From Bacteroidia bacterium (GTDB taxonomy: Bacteria; Bacteroidota; Bacteroidia; M30B66), in assembly GCA_965279035.1 (NCBI GenBank), contig OZ257142.1, positions 4,032,001-4,096,000 of the forward strand: a stretch of 64,000 nucleotides of DNA, read 5' to 3'. The notes under the pieces were generated by a model. It ran no database searches, was not told where the DNA came from, and saw nothing but the letters and a program-made list of their open reading frames with translations. The position numbers and the translations under genes were made by a program. The first letter of the stretch is position 1; each line of letters opens with the position of its first letter. This document shows positions 37,113 through 46,664 of the stretch, piece after piece.

Positions 37113-37333
37113 ATCTCAGGACAATTGAATCATCTGGAAAAACTTATCAACTATATTGTTCAAAAACAGCCGTTTATAAACGTTTACTATACGACTTACC
37201 TCAATAGGATTCCTTAACTTTAAGTTGGTGGGTGGTTAGTGGTCGGCCCCGCGTGTACGCGAGATTAATACGCATATTTTCAATACGTTACAAATTACTT
37301 TTCGGGGTTTTCTTGTGTAAAAACGCTTTTTCT

Positions 37334-37485
37334 GCGCGAGTGGTTGAGGCGGTTAGCCCACAGCGTTTGCCGCAGCTTTAGCGAAGGTAAAAAGCGAGGT
37401 TCCGATAATTATCGGAATAAGCCGAAAACACGGCCCTTAACGAAATGCTTCTTTCTACGCGTGTATTTAAAAAGGGCAAGCCCAA
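37334..37485 (-). repeat. Structured intergenic repeat / candidate ncRNA, copy 3 (inverted relative to copy 2)
   Basis: Reverse complement reads TTGGGCTTGCCCTTT...CACTCGCGC; same palindrome at 37400-37417; CCTTCGCTAAAGCTGCGGC hairpin; starts right after the TamA-like stop. Confidence 0.7.
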
Positions 37486-37486
37486 T

Positions 37487-39226
37487 TTAAAATAAGCTTG
37501 TTATCCCGAAATGCACTTTAGCCGATTTGAATGCAATGGGATTATCGAATTGTTTACCTAATGCATAGGAAATGGAGAAAATACCCGCTTTGGTTTCGAA
37601 ACTCATGCCTGCCCCAAATCCAAATGGACGATCTACAACATCGCGGTTAACGGCTTTGTTCTCATAATAAGCACCATTCCAAAATGCAAAAAGAAAGGAA
37701 TTTTCTTCCAACAAATATCGGTATTCCAAATTCAAAATCGAATACGCCGAAGCAAAAATGGATTCCTCGTTAAAGCCACGTAAAGTATTATTTCCACCAA
37801 TACGCGAAAGCTCATTTTCGAATACATTGGCTCCATTAATCACACTCGCCAAAACTCCAATATTAAAAGTGGAACGATTACGAATGGGTATGAAAAAGTC
37901 AGCATCAACATGTCCATTGTATTGCACCGAACGCAATGTGAGCTTGTCGTATAATTCCTGTTTAAGCGCTGGATTTTTTTGAATTGTACGTGTTCCTGTC
38001 CCAAATCTTGCAATCAATCGATACCCTTTTCGTGGATTTAAGCGATAATCGAGTCGAGTGAGATTGACTTCAATTCCATACAAATTGGCGTGAATATCGG
38101 CATAATCGGGAAGCGTTAAAATATTCTCAAGTCCACGTGTGGAAAGCAAATTAGAACTTCTGTTTTCAAAAAAAGCTTTGAGGTAATCGGTTCCTTTCAT
38201 GAGGTATTGCAAACCGATATTTTGCTGAACATTGATAAAACTGGTATCGCGCTTATACAAACCAAAAGCACCTTCAACACCAATGCGTGTATTGAATAAA
38301 AAAGGCCAGCCGAGTTTGATATTCAAGCTTTGGGTTCCTTGTTGCAATCGCCGCCATTCGGCATCAATCAATTCGCCACGTCCCAAACTATTTTTGAGTT
38401 TGAGGTTGACTTCACCGGTAAGTAATAGCTTTCCATTATTAGAAGTATTAGGCAAAATACCTACAATACCATTGAAACTACTAGCTTTTCGATCGTTCAA
38501 ATACAAACGAACAAGTGTTGAATTCTCTAACAAAAACACATCGGCTGGACGCGTTTCAGTTAAAAAGGGCAGTTCTTTTAAACGTATGGATATCTGCCTC
38601 ATGACAGCCTCATTATAAACATCGCCCGGACGAATTCCGATGTAGTTATAGAGATAACGTGATGTTATTCGAGCGGTTCCACGGATGGTCACACTATCAA
38701 TATGAAATAGTTCACCCTTTTCGACGCGCAAACCAGCTTCGATCATGGGTGAGTTGGTTTTCAAACTATCAAACCTCAAGCTGACAAATGGATACCCATT
38801 ATTTTCGTAATAGGTGATGATTTTTCGCATCATCCGTCGCGTTTGATTGTAACGAAAGGGACGATTTCGATATATCTTTTCTCTGAATCCACTGTTGCTT
38901 AACGCTCCTTCATCCACGTTGATCGAATGCAAGCGCGACCATCGATAGGCTTCTCCTCGATAAATAAAAACATGCAAGGAATCTGTCTTTGCAATTGAAT
39001 CGATTTTATGTTCAATACGATCTACACCGGCAGTTAAAAACCCTTCTTCTTGCAATGATAGAACGAGATCATTCACTGCTTTTTGTCTTAATTCTGGTGA
39101 AGAAAAGGAGGATTTTGGACTTGGATGAAATGGTTTATTTTCATGCAGATCGGTTGCGATTAGGCGATACGATTGCGCATAAGTACTTAATGAAATAAAG
39201 GATAAAAGAAAAATCCGGATGAGCAT
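37487..39226 (-). CDS. Omp85/BamA-TamA family outer-membrane protein with POTRA domain
   Basis: YENNGYPF POTRA signature, RIGG..TLRGF (L6 loop), C-terminal aromatic strand. Confidence 0.85.
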   Translation of the reverse strand: MLIRIFLLSFISLSTYAQSYRLIATDLHENKPFHPSPKSSFSSPELRQKAVNDLVLSLQEEGFLTAGVDRIEHKIDSIAKTDSLHVFIYRGEAYRWSRLHSINVDEGALSNSGFREKIYRNRPFRYNQTRRMMRKIITYYENNGYPFVSLRFDSLKTNSPMIEAGLRVEKGELFHIDSVTIRGTARITSRYLYNYIGIRPGDVYNEAVMRQISIRLKELPFLTETRPADVFLLENSTLVRLYLNDRKASSFNGIVGILPNTSNNGKLLLTGEVNLKLKNSLGRGELIDAEWRRLQQGTQSLNIKLGWPFLFNTRIGVEGAFGLYKRDTSFINVQQNIGLQYLMKGTDYLKAFFENRSSNLLSTRGLENILTLPDYADIHANLYGIEVNLTRLDYRLNPRKGYRLIARFGTGTRTIQKNPALKQELYDKLTLRSVQYNGHVDADFFIPIRNRSTFNIGVLASVINGANVFENELSRIGGNNTLRGFNEESIFASAYSILNLEYRYLLEENSFLFAFWNGAYYENKAVNRDVVDRPFGFGAGMSFETKAGIFSISYALGKQFDNPIAFKSAKVHFGITSLF

Positions 39227-39227
39227 G

Positions 39228-39914
39228 TTAAGGAAGGCTCCAATCGATTGGTGTTAGTCCTTGATCGAGCAAAATCTTATTGGTATAACTAAAATGACGA
39301 CAACCAAAAAATCCATTATACGCTGATAAAGGCGATGGATGAGCGGCTTTTAGTACAAAATGTTTGTTTGTATCGATGAGTTTTTCTTTGAGTTGAGCTG
39401 GCCTTCCCCATAAAAGAAACACAAGACCTTTTCGTTTTTCAGAAAGCAAACGAATGACTTGATCGGTAAATTGTTCCCAGCCTTTTCCTTGATGAGAAGC
39501 GGGAGATGCAGCACGAACAGTTAATGTAGCATTGAGAAGCAAAACTCCTTGATTTGCCCAACGTGTTAAATCACCTTCGCGACCAACTTCTGACTGCAAA
39601 TCCTGCCGAATTTCTTTAAAAATATTGACCAATGAAGGTGGTATTTTTACTTCAGGACTAACAGAGAAGCACATTCCATTGGCCTGTCCGGGACCATGAT
39701 ACGGATCTTGCCCCATGATCACTACTTTCACTTTATCAAATGGGATATGATTAAAAGCGGCAAATATTTGTCCTCCTGGAGGATAGATGGTCGCTTCAGC
39801 ACGTTCTTTAATAAGAAACTCTTTCAATAAAGCGAAATAAGGCTTTTGAAATTCGTCGCCAAGTGCTTCTTTCCAGCTTTGCTCAATTTTCGGCTGGATA
39901 ACCAAACTTTCCAT
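39228..39914 (-). CDS. ung: Uracil-DNA glycosylase
   Basis: [29 protein letters not shown]; TATGTTTG box at 39930-39937 supports start 39914. Confidence 0.96.
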   Translation of the reverse strand: MESLVIQPKIEQSWKEALGDEFQKPYFALLKEFLIKERAEATIYPPGGQIFAAFNHIPFDKVKVVIMGQDPYHGPGQANGMCFSVSPEVKIPPSLVNIFKEIRQDLQSEVGREGDLTRWANQGVLLLNATLTVRAASPASHQGKGWEQFTDQVIRLLSEKRKGLVFLLWGRPAQLKEKLIDTNKHFVLKAAHPSPLSAYNGFFGCRHFSYTNKILLDQGLTPIDWSLP

Positions 39915-40042
39915 GTGATTTCTTTCCTGCAAACATACGGATTCGAATATCCTCAACGTTTGCTGTTCATAACCTTTCGATTTTCATCCCGTATCGTTGA
40001 GAAATATCCTTTTCGGGATAAAATTGACCTTTTAAAAAAAAT

Positions 40043-40174
40043 ATGCTGTCTACAAAAAAAATATTCGTCCTTGGTTCTGCATTGATTCTATTGATGTCCA
40101 TAGGCTGTAAGTCGCATGTTGACTGTCCTGCATACAGTAAATCGAACAACCAACACAAAAAGTCGGGCGCTTAA
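40043..40174 (+). CDS. Small lipoprotein A (43 aa) with HVDCPAY motif, not in ORF track
   Basis: Hand translation MLSTKKIFVLGSALILLMSIGCKSHVDCPAYSKSNNQHKKSGA*: basic N-terminus, hydrophobic core, lipobox SIGC; paralog immediately downstream. Confidence 0.75.
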   Translation: MLSTKKIFVLGSALILLMSIGCKSHVDCPAYSKSNNQHKKSGA

Positions 40175-40210
40175 AGTTAATTGCTTATTTTTGCGCTGAA
40201 TAAAAGAGAG

Positions 40211-40348
40211 ATGAACCGACCGAAAGTTGTTTTAATTGCCGTCCTTTTTCTAGGAACTACCTTGATGATGTCTTGCAGATCAAGAAAACATGTTGACTGT
40301 CCTGCATACGGCAAAAACACAGAGCAATCTGCAACAAAACATTCATAG
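40211..40348 (+). CDS. Small lipoprotein B (45 aa) with HVDCPAY motif, not in ORF track
   Basis: Hand translation MNRPKVVLIAVLFLGTTLMMSCRSRKHVDCPAYGKNTEQSATKHS*: lipobox MMSC; TATTTTTG box at 40186-40193; stop is 4 nt before the ytxJ ATG. Confidence 0.78.
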   Translation: MNRPKVVLIAVLFLGTTLMMSCRSRKHVDCPAYGKNTEQSATKHS

Positions 40349-40352
40349 TAAA

Positions 40353-40694
40353 ATGCTAAACTGGATCCCTCTGGCAACAGAGCGACAGTTAGACGAACTT
40401 GTTCAACTTTCCTTTACCGAAGGAGTTGATGCTGTTGCCATTTTCAAACATAGTACGCGCTGTTCAATTAGTTCAATGGTCAAAAATCGTTTAGAGCGCG
40501 TTTGGAATGTAGGTACTAAAAATATTCCTGTTTATTACCTTGATCTTATTGCGTTCCGTTCATTGAGCAACGAAATAGCAAACCGTTTCGGCATTGAACA
40601 CGAATCCCCTCAATTGCTTTTCATTCAAAAAGGCAAAGTTGTTTCTCACGCTTCCCATTCTGCGATTGAGGCAGAAATGATTGAAACGCTTTAG
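40353..40694 (+). CDS. ytxJ: Bacillithiol system redox-active protein YtxJ (monothiol thioredoxin fold)
   Basis: IFKHSTRCSIS, YYLDL..R.LSN.IA, HESPQ; start ATG 40353 (ORF track 40290). Confidence 0.9.
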   Translation: MLNWIPLATERQLDELVQLSFTEGVDAVAIFKHSTRCSISSMVKNRLERVWNVGTKNIPVYYLDLIAFRSLSNEIANRFGIEHESPQLLFIQKGKVVSHASHSAIEAEMIETL

Positions 40695-41101
40695 ATTCCA
40701 AAGTCAAATGTGATTTCCTGTTCAATATCAGGATGAAGACTTAAAGCAACAGGACAAGTTCTGGCTGCTCGTTCTAATAATGTGCGTTGATGCTCATTTA
40801 ATGTAGAATCAAATCCATAAATCCGAATGGCGATTTTGGAAATTTTACGTGGTGATGCCGCCATGAATTTATCAACATCTGCTTCAATTCCTGAAAATGG
40901 AATCTGATGCGTTCTAGCCGCAATGCCCATAATAGTAAACATACAAGCTGACAAAGCCGCACATACCGAATCGGTTGGTGAGAAAGATTCACCTTTACCT
41001 TGATTGTCGAGTGGAGCATCTGTAATCAAGACTGATCCGGAAGAAACGTGTGTTTGTTCTGTTCGAAGATCTCCCAAATAGCGTGAATGAATAGTCGGCA
41101 T
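40691..41101 (-). CDS. OsmC family protein
   Basis: YLGDLRT, TDAP.DN.GKGE.FSPTD, LSAC, AARTCPVALSL. Confidence 0.9.
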   Translation of the reverse strand: MPTIHSRYLGDLRTEQTHVSSGSVLITDAPLDNQGKGESFSPTDSVCAALSACMFTIMGIAARTHQIPFSGIEADVDKFMAASPRKISKIAIRIYGFDSTLNEHQRTLLERAARTCPVALSLHPDIEQEITFDFGI

Positions 41102-41143
41102 GGTATATCGATGGTTAAATTGAATCTGTTGTATCTTTGCTTA

Positions 41144-41944
41144 ATGCTCCAAACATACCGTTTTTCACTTTGCATACCCGCGTTCTTTTCAAGAATGTGG
41201 CTTGTTTGGATGCTTGTGATTCTTGGAATTAACTCTAAAATAACTGCTCAAGTTGTTGCTTCTGTTGATGAAACTGGGATTCTTTATTCCAAAGTTCGGC
41301 ATTCAGGCTTAACACTTCACAGTAATGGTTTAGGAATAAATTACCGAAGAGGTAAACACTTAACAGGATACAGTTTTCTTCTTGCTGATTTTTCATTAGT
41401 CACCATGAAACACCCGAAAGAAACCAAACAGGTGAATCAGTTTAGCGATAATAATGGTGGTTTTATTTATGGAAAGCTAAATTCATTGCTTATCCTAAGA
41501 ACTGGAATTGGAAAACAGAAATCGATTAATCAACGTGGTGATAGAGGAGGTGTCGATGTTTCCTATGGTATATATGGTGGGATTTCATGGGGAATTGCCA
41601 AACCTATTTACCTCAGTGTTTTTAAGTTTGATGATCAAAATGGAGTAACCGAATCAATCGAACGATACAATCCCGACAAGCATTTTCCAGATAATATTTC
41701 GGGCAGAGCATCCTACTTTAAAGGTTTTGGAGAATCTAAAATTCATCCCGGACTTTACGGAAGTTTTTTACTCAATTTTGAGTTCGGTCGTGAACAAGAT
41801 CGACTTAGAATGGTTGAAACAGGGTTTACAGTGGATGCCTTTGCTAAGCCGATTCCTATCATGGCTTTCAATAAAAACAGCAATTTCTTTTTCACCTTTT
41901 TTATCCGGTTGCTAATCGGAAAACAATGGAATTACGATGAGTGA
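41144..41944 (+). CDS. Exported hypothetical protein, probable outer-membrane beta-barrel
   Basis: Signal-like N-terminus, alternating beta strands, KHPKE and FIYGKLN motifs; overlaps lipA start; TATCTTTG box at 41132-41139. Confidence 0.65.
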   Translation: MLQTYRFSLCIPAFFSRMWLVWMLVILGINSKITAQVVASVDETGILYSKVRHSGLTLHSNGLGINYRRGKHLTGYSFLLADFSLVTMKHPKETKQVNQFSDNNGGFIYGKLNSLLILRTGIGKQKSINQRGDRGGVDVSYGIYGGISWGIAKPIYLSVFKFDDQNGVTESIERYNPDKHFPDNISGRASYFKGFGESKIHPGLYGSFLLNFEFGREQDRLRMVETGFTVDAFAKPIPIMAFNKNSNFFFTFFIRLLIGKQWNYDE

Positions 41945-42812
41945 GCAAAATGATATCGAACCTTTATTAAAGCGGAAAAAGAAACCCGATTGGCTTCGAG
42001 TTAAACTTCCTACAGGTCCTGAATATGCTCAGGTGCGTAAGTTGGTTGATGAGCATAAACTTCACACCATTTGCGAAAGTGGAAATTGCCCTAACATGGG
42101 TGAATGCTGGGGAGCTGGTACAGCAACCTTCATGATTCTGGGGAATATTTGCACCCGTTCCTGTGGATTTTGTGCTGTTGCTACTGGAATGCCTAGCGCG
42201 GTCGATTGGCAAGAACCTGCTCGTGTAGCTAGTTCTGTAAAATTAATGGGCGTGAAACATGCCGTTATCACCTCGGTCGATCGGGATGATTTAAAAGATG
42301 GAGGATCTATTATTTGGGCAGAAACCATTGAAGCCATTCGCAAAGCAAGTCCTGGAACAACTTTAGAAACACTCATTCCTGATTTTATGGGAAAATGGGA
42401 AAACCTTCAACGCATCATCGATGTTCGCCCTGAGATTGTTTCTCATAATTTAGAAACCGTCCGACGATTAACACGTCAAGTGCGCATTCAAGCTCAATTT
42501 GATCGAAGTTTAGAAGTCCTTCTTCGCTTGAAAAAAGGGGGCTGCAAAACGAAATCGGGTGTTATGCTTGGTTTGGGTGAAACTGAAAATGAAGTGTTAG
42601 AAACAATTGATGAATTGGCAGCAAACCAAGTCGATATTCTCACGCTTGGCCAATACCTTCAACCTACTCCGAAACACTTGCCCGTTGCAGAATTTATCAC
42701 ACCTGAACAATTTGCTTTCTATAAAGAATATGCATTGAATAAAGGATTTCGGTATGTAGAAAGTGGTCCTTTGGTTCGATCTTCTTATCATGCCGAAAAG
42801 CATTTATTCTAA
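41937..42812 (+). CDS. lipA: Lipoyl synthase
   Basis: [12 protein letters not shown] (CX4CX5C), CTRSCGFC radical SAM motif, VRSSYHA. Confidence 0.97.
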   Translation: MSEQNDIEPLLKRKKKPDWLRVKLPTGPEYAQVRKLVDEHKLHTICESGNCPNMGECWGAGTATFMILGNICTRSCGFCAVATGMPSAVDWQEPARVASSVKLMGVKHAVITSVDRDDLKDGGSIIWAETIEAIRKASPGTTLETLIPDFMGKWENLQRIIDVRPEIVSHNLETVRRLTRQVRIQAQFDRSLEVLLRLKKGGCKTKSGVMLGLGETENEVLETIDELAANQVDILTLGQYLQPTPKHLPVAEFITPEQFAFYKEYALNKGFRYVESGPLVRSSYHAEKHLF

Positions 42813-42939
42813 ATCTTCTCAATTAACAAAAGAAGAATAAAAGAGGATTCCGTTGATATAATTCCAAATGAACTGGCTTTGTTAATAAAAATTTAACAAG
42901 CAAAACGCTTAATTATTTGCATACTTAATTTTCAAAGTG

Positions 42940-42947
42940 TACATTTG
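42940..42947 (+). promoter_or_regulatory. -7 promoter box (TACATTTG) for gap
   Basis: TAnnTTTG consensus 30 nt upstream of ATG. Confidence 0.6.
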
Positions 42948-42977
42948 ACACTCAATTAAGATTTAAAACCATCCATC

Positions 42978-44021
42978 ATGAGTAAAATCAGAGTAGCAAT
43001 AAACGGATTCGGACGAATAGGACGTATCAGTTTTCGCGCTATCCTTAATAAATCGAATATTGAAGTTGTTGCCATCAACGACTTAACGAACGTTCATACA
43101 CTGGCTCATTTATTAAAATATGATTCAGTACATGGTAGACTTCCCGTTGCATTAACTGTAAATGAAAATACCATTGAAGCAGGTGGTCATTCGATGAAGG
43201 TATTTGCTGAAAAAGATCCTGCAAATCTTCCTTGGAAAGAATTAAATGTGGATGTTGTTATTGAATCGACTGGGTTTTTCCTTGATAAAGAATCTGCAGG
43301 AAAACATTTAACAGCCGGAGCAAAGCGCGTTATTATTTCTGCGCCGGCTAAAGGAGATGTTGAAACCATTGTATTGGGAGTGAATGATCATATTCTTTCA
43401 AAAAATGAATCTATTCTTTCGAATGCTTCGTGCACAACCAATTGTGCAGCTCCGATGGTGAAAGTATTAGATGATGCCTTTGGTGTTGAAGCCGGATTAC
43501 TTACTACTATTCATGCATACACTGGCGATCAACGTTTGGTAGATGCTCCACACAGTGATTTACGTCGCTCACGTTCGGCTGCTTTGTCGATTATACCTAC
43601 AAGCACAGGTGCAGCAAAAGCCATCGCTTTAATTCTTCCACATTTAAAAGGTAAGTTAGATGGTTTGGCTATGCGTGTTCCTGTACCAGCAGGTTCAATG
43701 ACCGATTTGACAGTAAAATTGAAAAGAGAAGCCAGCGTTGCCGAAATCAATGCTGTATTTAAAAATGCTGCTGAAAATGGAATGAAAGGAATTCTGGAAT
43801 ACACAGAAGACCCAATTGTTTCAGCAGATATCGTTGGAAATCCTCATTCATGTATCATTGACTCTGGCCTCACTATGGTGATGGGACAAACTGTGAAAGT
43901 GGTTGGATGGTACGACAATGAAACCGGTTATTCGAACCGGATTGCTGATCTGATTGAGAAGATGGCGTCTTTGCCTACATTCTCTCAGAATGGCCTTAAC
44001 CAAGAACCTGTAACTGCATAA
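42978..44021 (+). CDS. gap: Type I glyceraldehyde-3-phosphate dehydrogenase
   Basis: INGFGRIGR, SNASCTTNC, IIPTSTGAAKA, WYDNE. Confidence 0.97.
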   Translation: MSKIRVAINGFGRIGRISFRAILNKSNIEVVAINDLTNVHTLAHLLKYDSVHGRLPVALTVNENTIEAGGHSMKVFAEKDPANLPWKELNVDVVIESTGFFLDKESAGKHLTAGAKRVIISAPAKGDVETIVLGVNDHILSKNESILSNASCTTNCAAPMVKVLDDAFGVEAGLLTTIHAYTGDQRLVDAPHSDLRRSRSAALSIIPTSTGAAKAIALILPHLKGKLDGLAMRVPVPAGSMTDLTVKLKREASVAEINAVFKNAAENGMKGILEYTEDPIVSADIVGNPHSCIIDSGLTMVMGQTVKVVGWYDNETGYSNRIADLIEKMASLPTFSQNGLNQEPVTA

Positions 44022-44051
44022 TATAGGTTAGTTTGATTTTGGGAAACGGAG

Positions 44052-44081
44052 ATCCCGGTAGCTTTGCTAACCGGGATTTTC
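44052..44081 (+). terminator. Intrinsic terminator after gap
   Basis: ATCCCGGTAGC-TTT-GCTAACCGGGAT followed by TTT. Confidence 0.75.
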
Positions 44082-44136
44082 AATTTTATGTCGCTGAGTA
44101 AAACTAAAAGCTGCTTTCTACTAACTTCGTGCTTCC

Positions 44137-45165
44137 ATGACAACACTTACTTCTGTAGAAAAAATAGATGCTGCCAACATTGGATTAATGTTGATATCAT
44201 GCGTTCTCGCTTTTATTTTACCCTTTGAATTATTCCTTTTCTCCTATGCCGTGCTTGGTCCACTTCATTATCTGACTGAGATTGGTTGGCTACATAAAAA
44301 GGGATATTACACTACGGGGAAATACGATTATTTATTTCTAGGAATCCTAAGTGTATTAATTACTCTTGGCTTTCTCGGTTTAAATGATGCCTTAAGTGAC
44401 TTAGCTACTGGCTTGGTTTATCTCGCATTTTTAATGGCTTTTGTCATGGTGCTCATTAAAGACAATACTTTGAAGATCATATGCGGTGTACTCATTTTAT
44501 TTTCTACAATCCTATTTAATAAATACAATTTTTTTGAACTCTTTTTTGCGGTCTACCTTCCTACAATCATTCATGTTTATTGCTTCACAGGACTTTTTAT
44601 TCTGTATGGTGCTTTAAAGAATAAAAGTAAAATTGGATTTTTATCCTTGCTTGTATTTGTCGGTTGTACTCTCAGTTTCTTTTTATTTCCACTTGATTAT
44701 AATTCACTTGTTCCGATCAATAAAATTCAAGAAAGTATTGTTGGATTTGTTGAATTAAACCGTCAACTGATAAATTTCTTTGGATTTGATGATTTACAAG
44801 AATTTAGCAGACAGACATTGGGAGAGAATTCGCAAGTAATTTTCTTTTCACATTCAGGCTACATTGTGATGCGTTTTATTGCATTTGCTTATACTTACCA
44901 CTACTTAAATTGGTTTTCCAAAACATCAGTCATTCAATGGCATAAAGTCCCTAAAAAGACACTCTATATTGTATTAGCTGTTTGGGCAATTTCTGTATCG
45001 CTCTATGCATACAATTATATGGTTGGCTTGAAATGGTTATTCTTGATAAGCTTTTTACATGTCTTGCTTGAATTCCCACTAAACTTTCGAAGTTTTATTG
45101 GAATAGGTCAAGAACTGAAAGCATTGGTATCAGGAAAACAATTAACCAAAGTCCCCCAAAAATAA
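44137..45165 (+). CDS. Polytopic membrane protein of unknown function with intramembrane His motifs
   Basis: About 9-10 TM segments; GPLHYLTE, PTIIHVY, AYTYHYLNWFSKT, FLHVLLEFPLN. Confidence 0.75.
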   Translation: MTTLTSVEKIDAANIGLMLISCVLAFILPFELFLFSYAVLGPLHYLTEIGWLHKKGYYTTGKYDYLFLGILSVLITLGFLGLNDALSDLATGLVYLAFLMAFVMVLIKDNTLKIICGVLILFSTILFNKYNFFELFFAVYLPTIIHVYCFTGLFILYGALKNKSKIGFLSLLVFVGCTLSFFLFPLDYNSLVPINKIQESIVGFVELNRQLINFFGFDDLQEFSRQTLGENSQVIFFSHSGYIVMRFIAFAYTYHYLNWFSKTSVIQWHKVPKKTLYIVLAVWAISVSLYAYNYMVGLKWLFLISFLHVLLEFPLNFRSFIGIGQELKALVSGKQLTKVPQK

Positions 45166-45166
45166 C

Positions 45167-46117
45167 ATGCGTATCATTTTTCTTGGGACACCCGATTTTG
45201 CAGTCCCAACAATGGAGGCTATACTTCAGGCTGGCTATCAAGTTGTTGCCGTTGTTACAGCCCCAGACCGACCTGCAGGTAGAGGTTTGCAAATGAAGTC
45301 TTCACCTGTGAAAGAATGTGCATTGCGCCATTCCATTCCAGTTTTGCAGCCTGAGAAACTCAAAGATTCTTTATTTATAGAAGAATTGCGTTCGTACAAA
45401 GCAGATCTTCAAGTAGTAGTTGCTTTTAGAATGCTCCCTGAAATTGTATGGAACATGCCTCGACTAGGCACTTGGAATCTACATGCATCGCTTTTGCCAA
45501 ATTATCGAGGAGCTGCTCCTATAAATCACGCAATCATCCAAGGTGAACATGAAACTGGACTTAGCACCTTCAAATTAGTGCATGCGATTGATCAAGGTGC
45601 GATTGCTTTACAAGAAAAACTTTCCATTGGCCCGAATGAAACAGCGGGCGAACTTCATGATCGGATGATGATGATTGGAGCGAAACTAATGACAAAGACG
45701 CTCAATCTCATTGATACCGATTCGGTTCAATTGATAGAACAACAAAGTATCTCTCAGCTCAAAATTCATGAAGCACCCAAACTTTCTTCTGCCTTTTGTC
45801 AAATTCTATTTAATCGCTCAGCAATAGAAGTGCATAATCACATTCGAGGATTAAGTCCATTTCCTGGAGCACATTGTACTTTATTAAATGGGGAAGAAAG
45901 GGTTGCGATAAAACTTTTCAGAACGCTTGTTTCTGATTTAACATTAGAAAATCACCCCTCTGGTTCGGTTTATATTCGATCTGATTCTACTATATATGTA
46001 CGTTGCGAAGACGCTTGGTTGGAGATTTTAGAGCTTCAAGTAGCTGGAAAACGACGAATTTCAGCTTCAGAGTTCCTAAAAGGCTTTCGAAAAGCAGGAA
46101 ATATTGCCTTGGAATGA
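45167..46117 (+). CDS. fmt: Methionyl-tRNA formyltransferase
   Basis: FLGTPDFAV, VTAPDRPAGRG, NLHASLLPNYRGAAPIN, IRGLSPFPGA. Confidence 0.96.
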   Translation: MRIIFLGTPDFAVPTMEAILQAGYQVVAVVTAPDRPAGRGLQMKSSPVKECALRHSIPVLQPEKLKDSLFIEELRSYKADLQVVVAFRMLPEIVWNMPRLGTWNLHASLLPNYRGAAPINHAIIQGEHETGLSTFKLVHAIDQGAIALQEKLSIGPNETAGELHDRMMMIGAKLMTKTLNLIDTDSVQLIEQQSISQLKIHEAPKLSSAFCQILFNRSAIEVHNHIRGLSPFPGAHCTLLNGEERVAIKLFRTLVSDLTLENHPSGSVYIRSDSTIYVRCEDAWLEILELQVAGKRRISASEFLKGFRKAGNIALE

Positions 46118-46264
46118 ATTAAAAATCAGCGTTTTCTTACATAAATATTACACAAACCCGCGTAAACAGGCTGTTTCAGGGCGGAGTTATTAACAAAACA
46201 CTGCATTTATCAACAAAATCAAGGGTTTCAGGGGTTTGCCTATTGGTTGGGAATGAAATTCCAA

Positions 46265-46272
46265 TAAATTTG
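46265..46272 (+). promoter_or_regulatory. -7 promoter box (TAAATTTG) for HU gene
   Basis: TAnnTTTG consensus about 50 nt upstream of ATG. Confidence 0.55.
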
Positions 46273-46321
46273 CTTTAAGAGAACAAAAAAATATTTGTAA
46301 AACCCTCAAAACCAAAACATC

Positions 46322-46594
46322 ATGAACAAAGCAGAACTTATCGATGCAATCGCATCAAACGCAGAACTTTCTAAAGTAGATGCAAAAAAAGCATTAGATG
46401 CATTTATTACAGCTACAACAGGTGCTCTTAAAAAAGGTGACCGTGTTGCTCTAGTTGGATTCGGTTCTTTCTCAGTTTCTTCACGTGCAGCTCGTAAAGG
46501 CCGTAACCCACAAACTGGAAAAGAAATCAAAATCTCCGCTAAAAAAGTGGTGAAATTCAAAGCTGGTAGCGAGCTTTCTGGGAAAGTAAAATAA
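46322..46594 (+). CDS. hup: DNA-binding protein HU
   Basis: [28 protein letters not shown]. Confidence 0.96.
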   Translation: MNKAELIDAIASNAELSKVDAKKALDAFITATTGALKKGDRVALVGFGSFSVSSRAARKGRNPQTGKEIKISAKKVVKFKAGSELSGKVK

Positions 46595-46614
46595 TTCATT
46601 CCTAAACGCTTTTT

Positions 46615-46641
46615 AAAACCCTCCCCCGTGGAGGGTTTTTT
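46615..46641 (+). terminator. Intrinsic terminator after HU
   Basis: AAAACCCTCC..GGAGGGTTTTTT; its T-tract runs into a TATTTTTG -7 box (46641-46648) for the next gene. Confidence 0.8.
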
Positions 46642-46664
46642 ATTTTTGTGCATTTCCCACTTCC

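Noticed and set aside
39967-40377. Minus-strand ORFs 39967-40158 and 40177-40377 (both containing YAGQSTC), and the 40290 start of ytxJ
   Set aside because: These are antisense or out-of-frame shadows of the two plus-strand lipoprotein genes, which have signal peptides and a promoter box
46306-46653. 115-aa antisense ORF over HU, and the many other 60-155 aa shadow ORFs
   Set aside because: Almost entirely overlap well-supported genes in another frame or strand and carry no motifs
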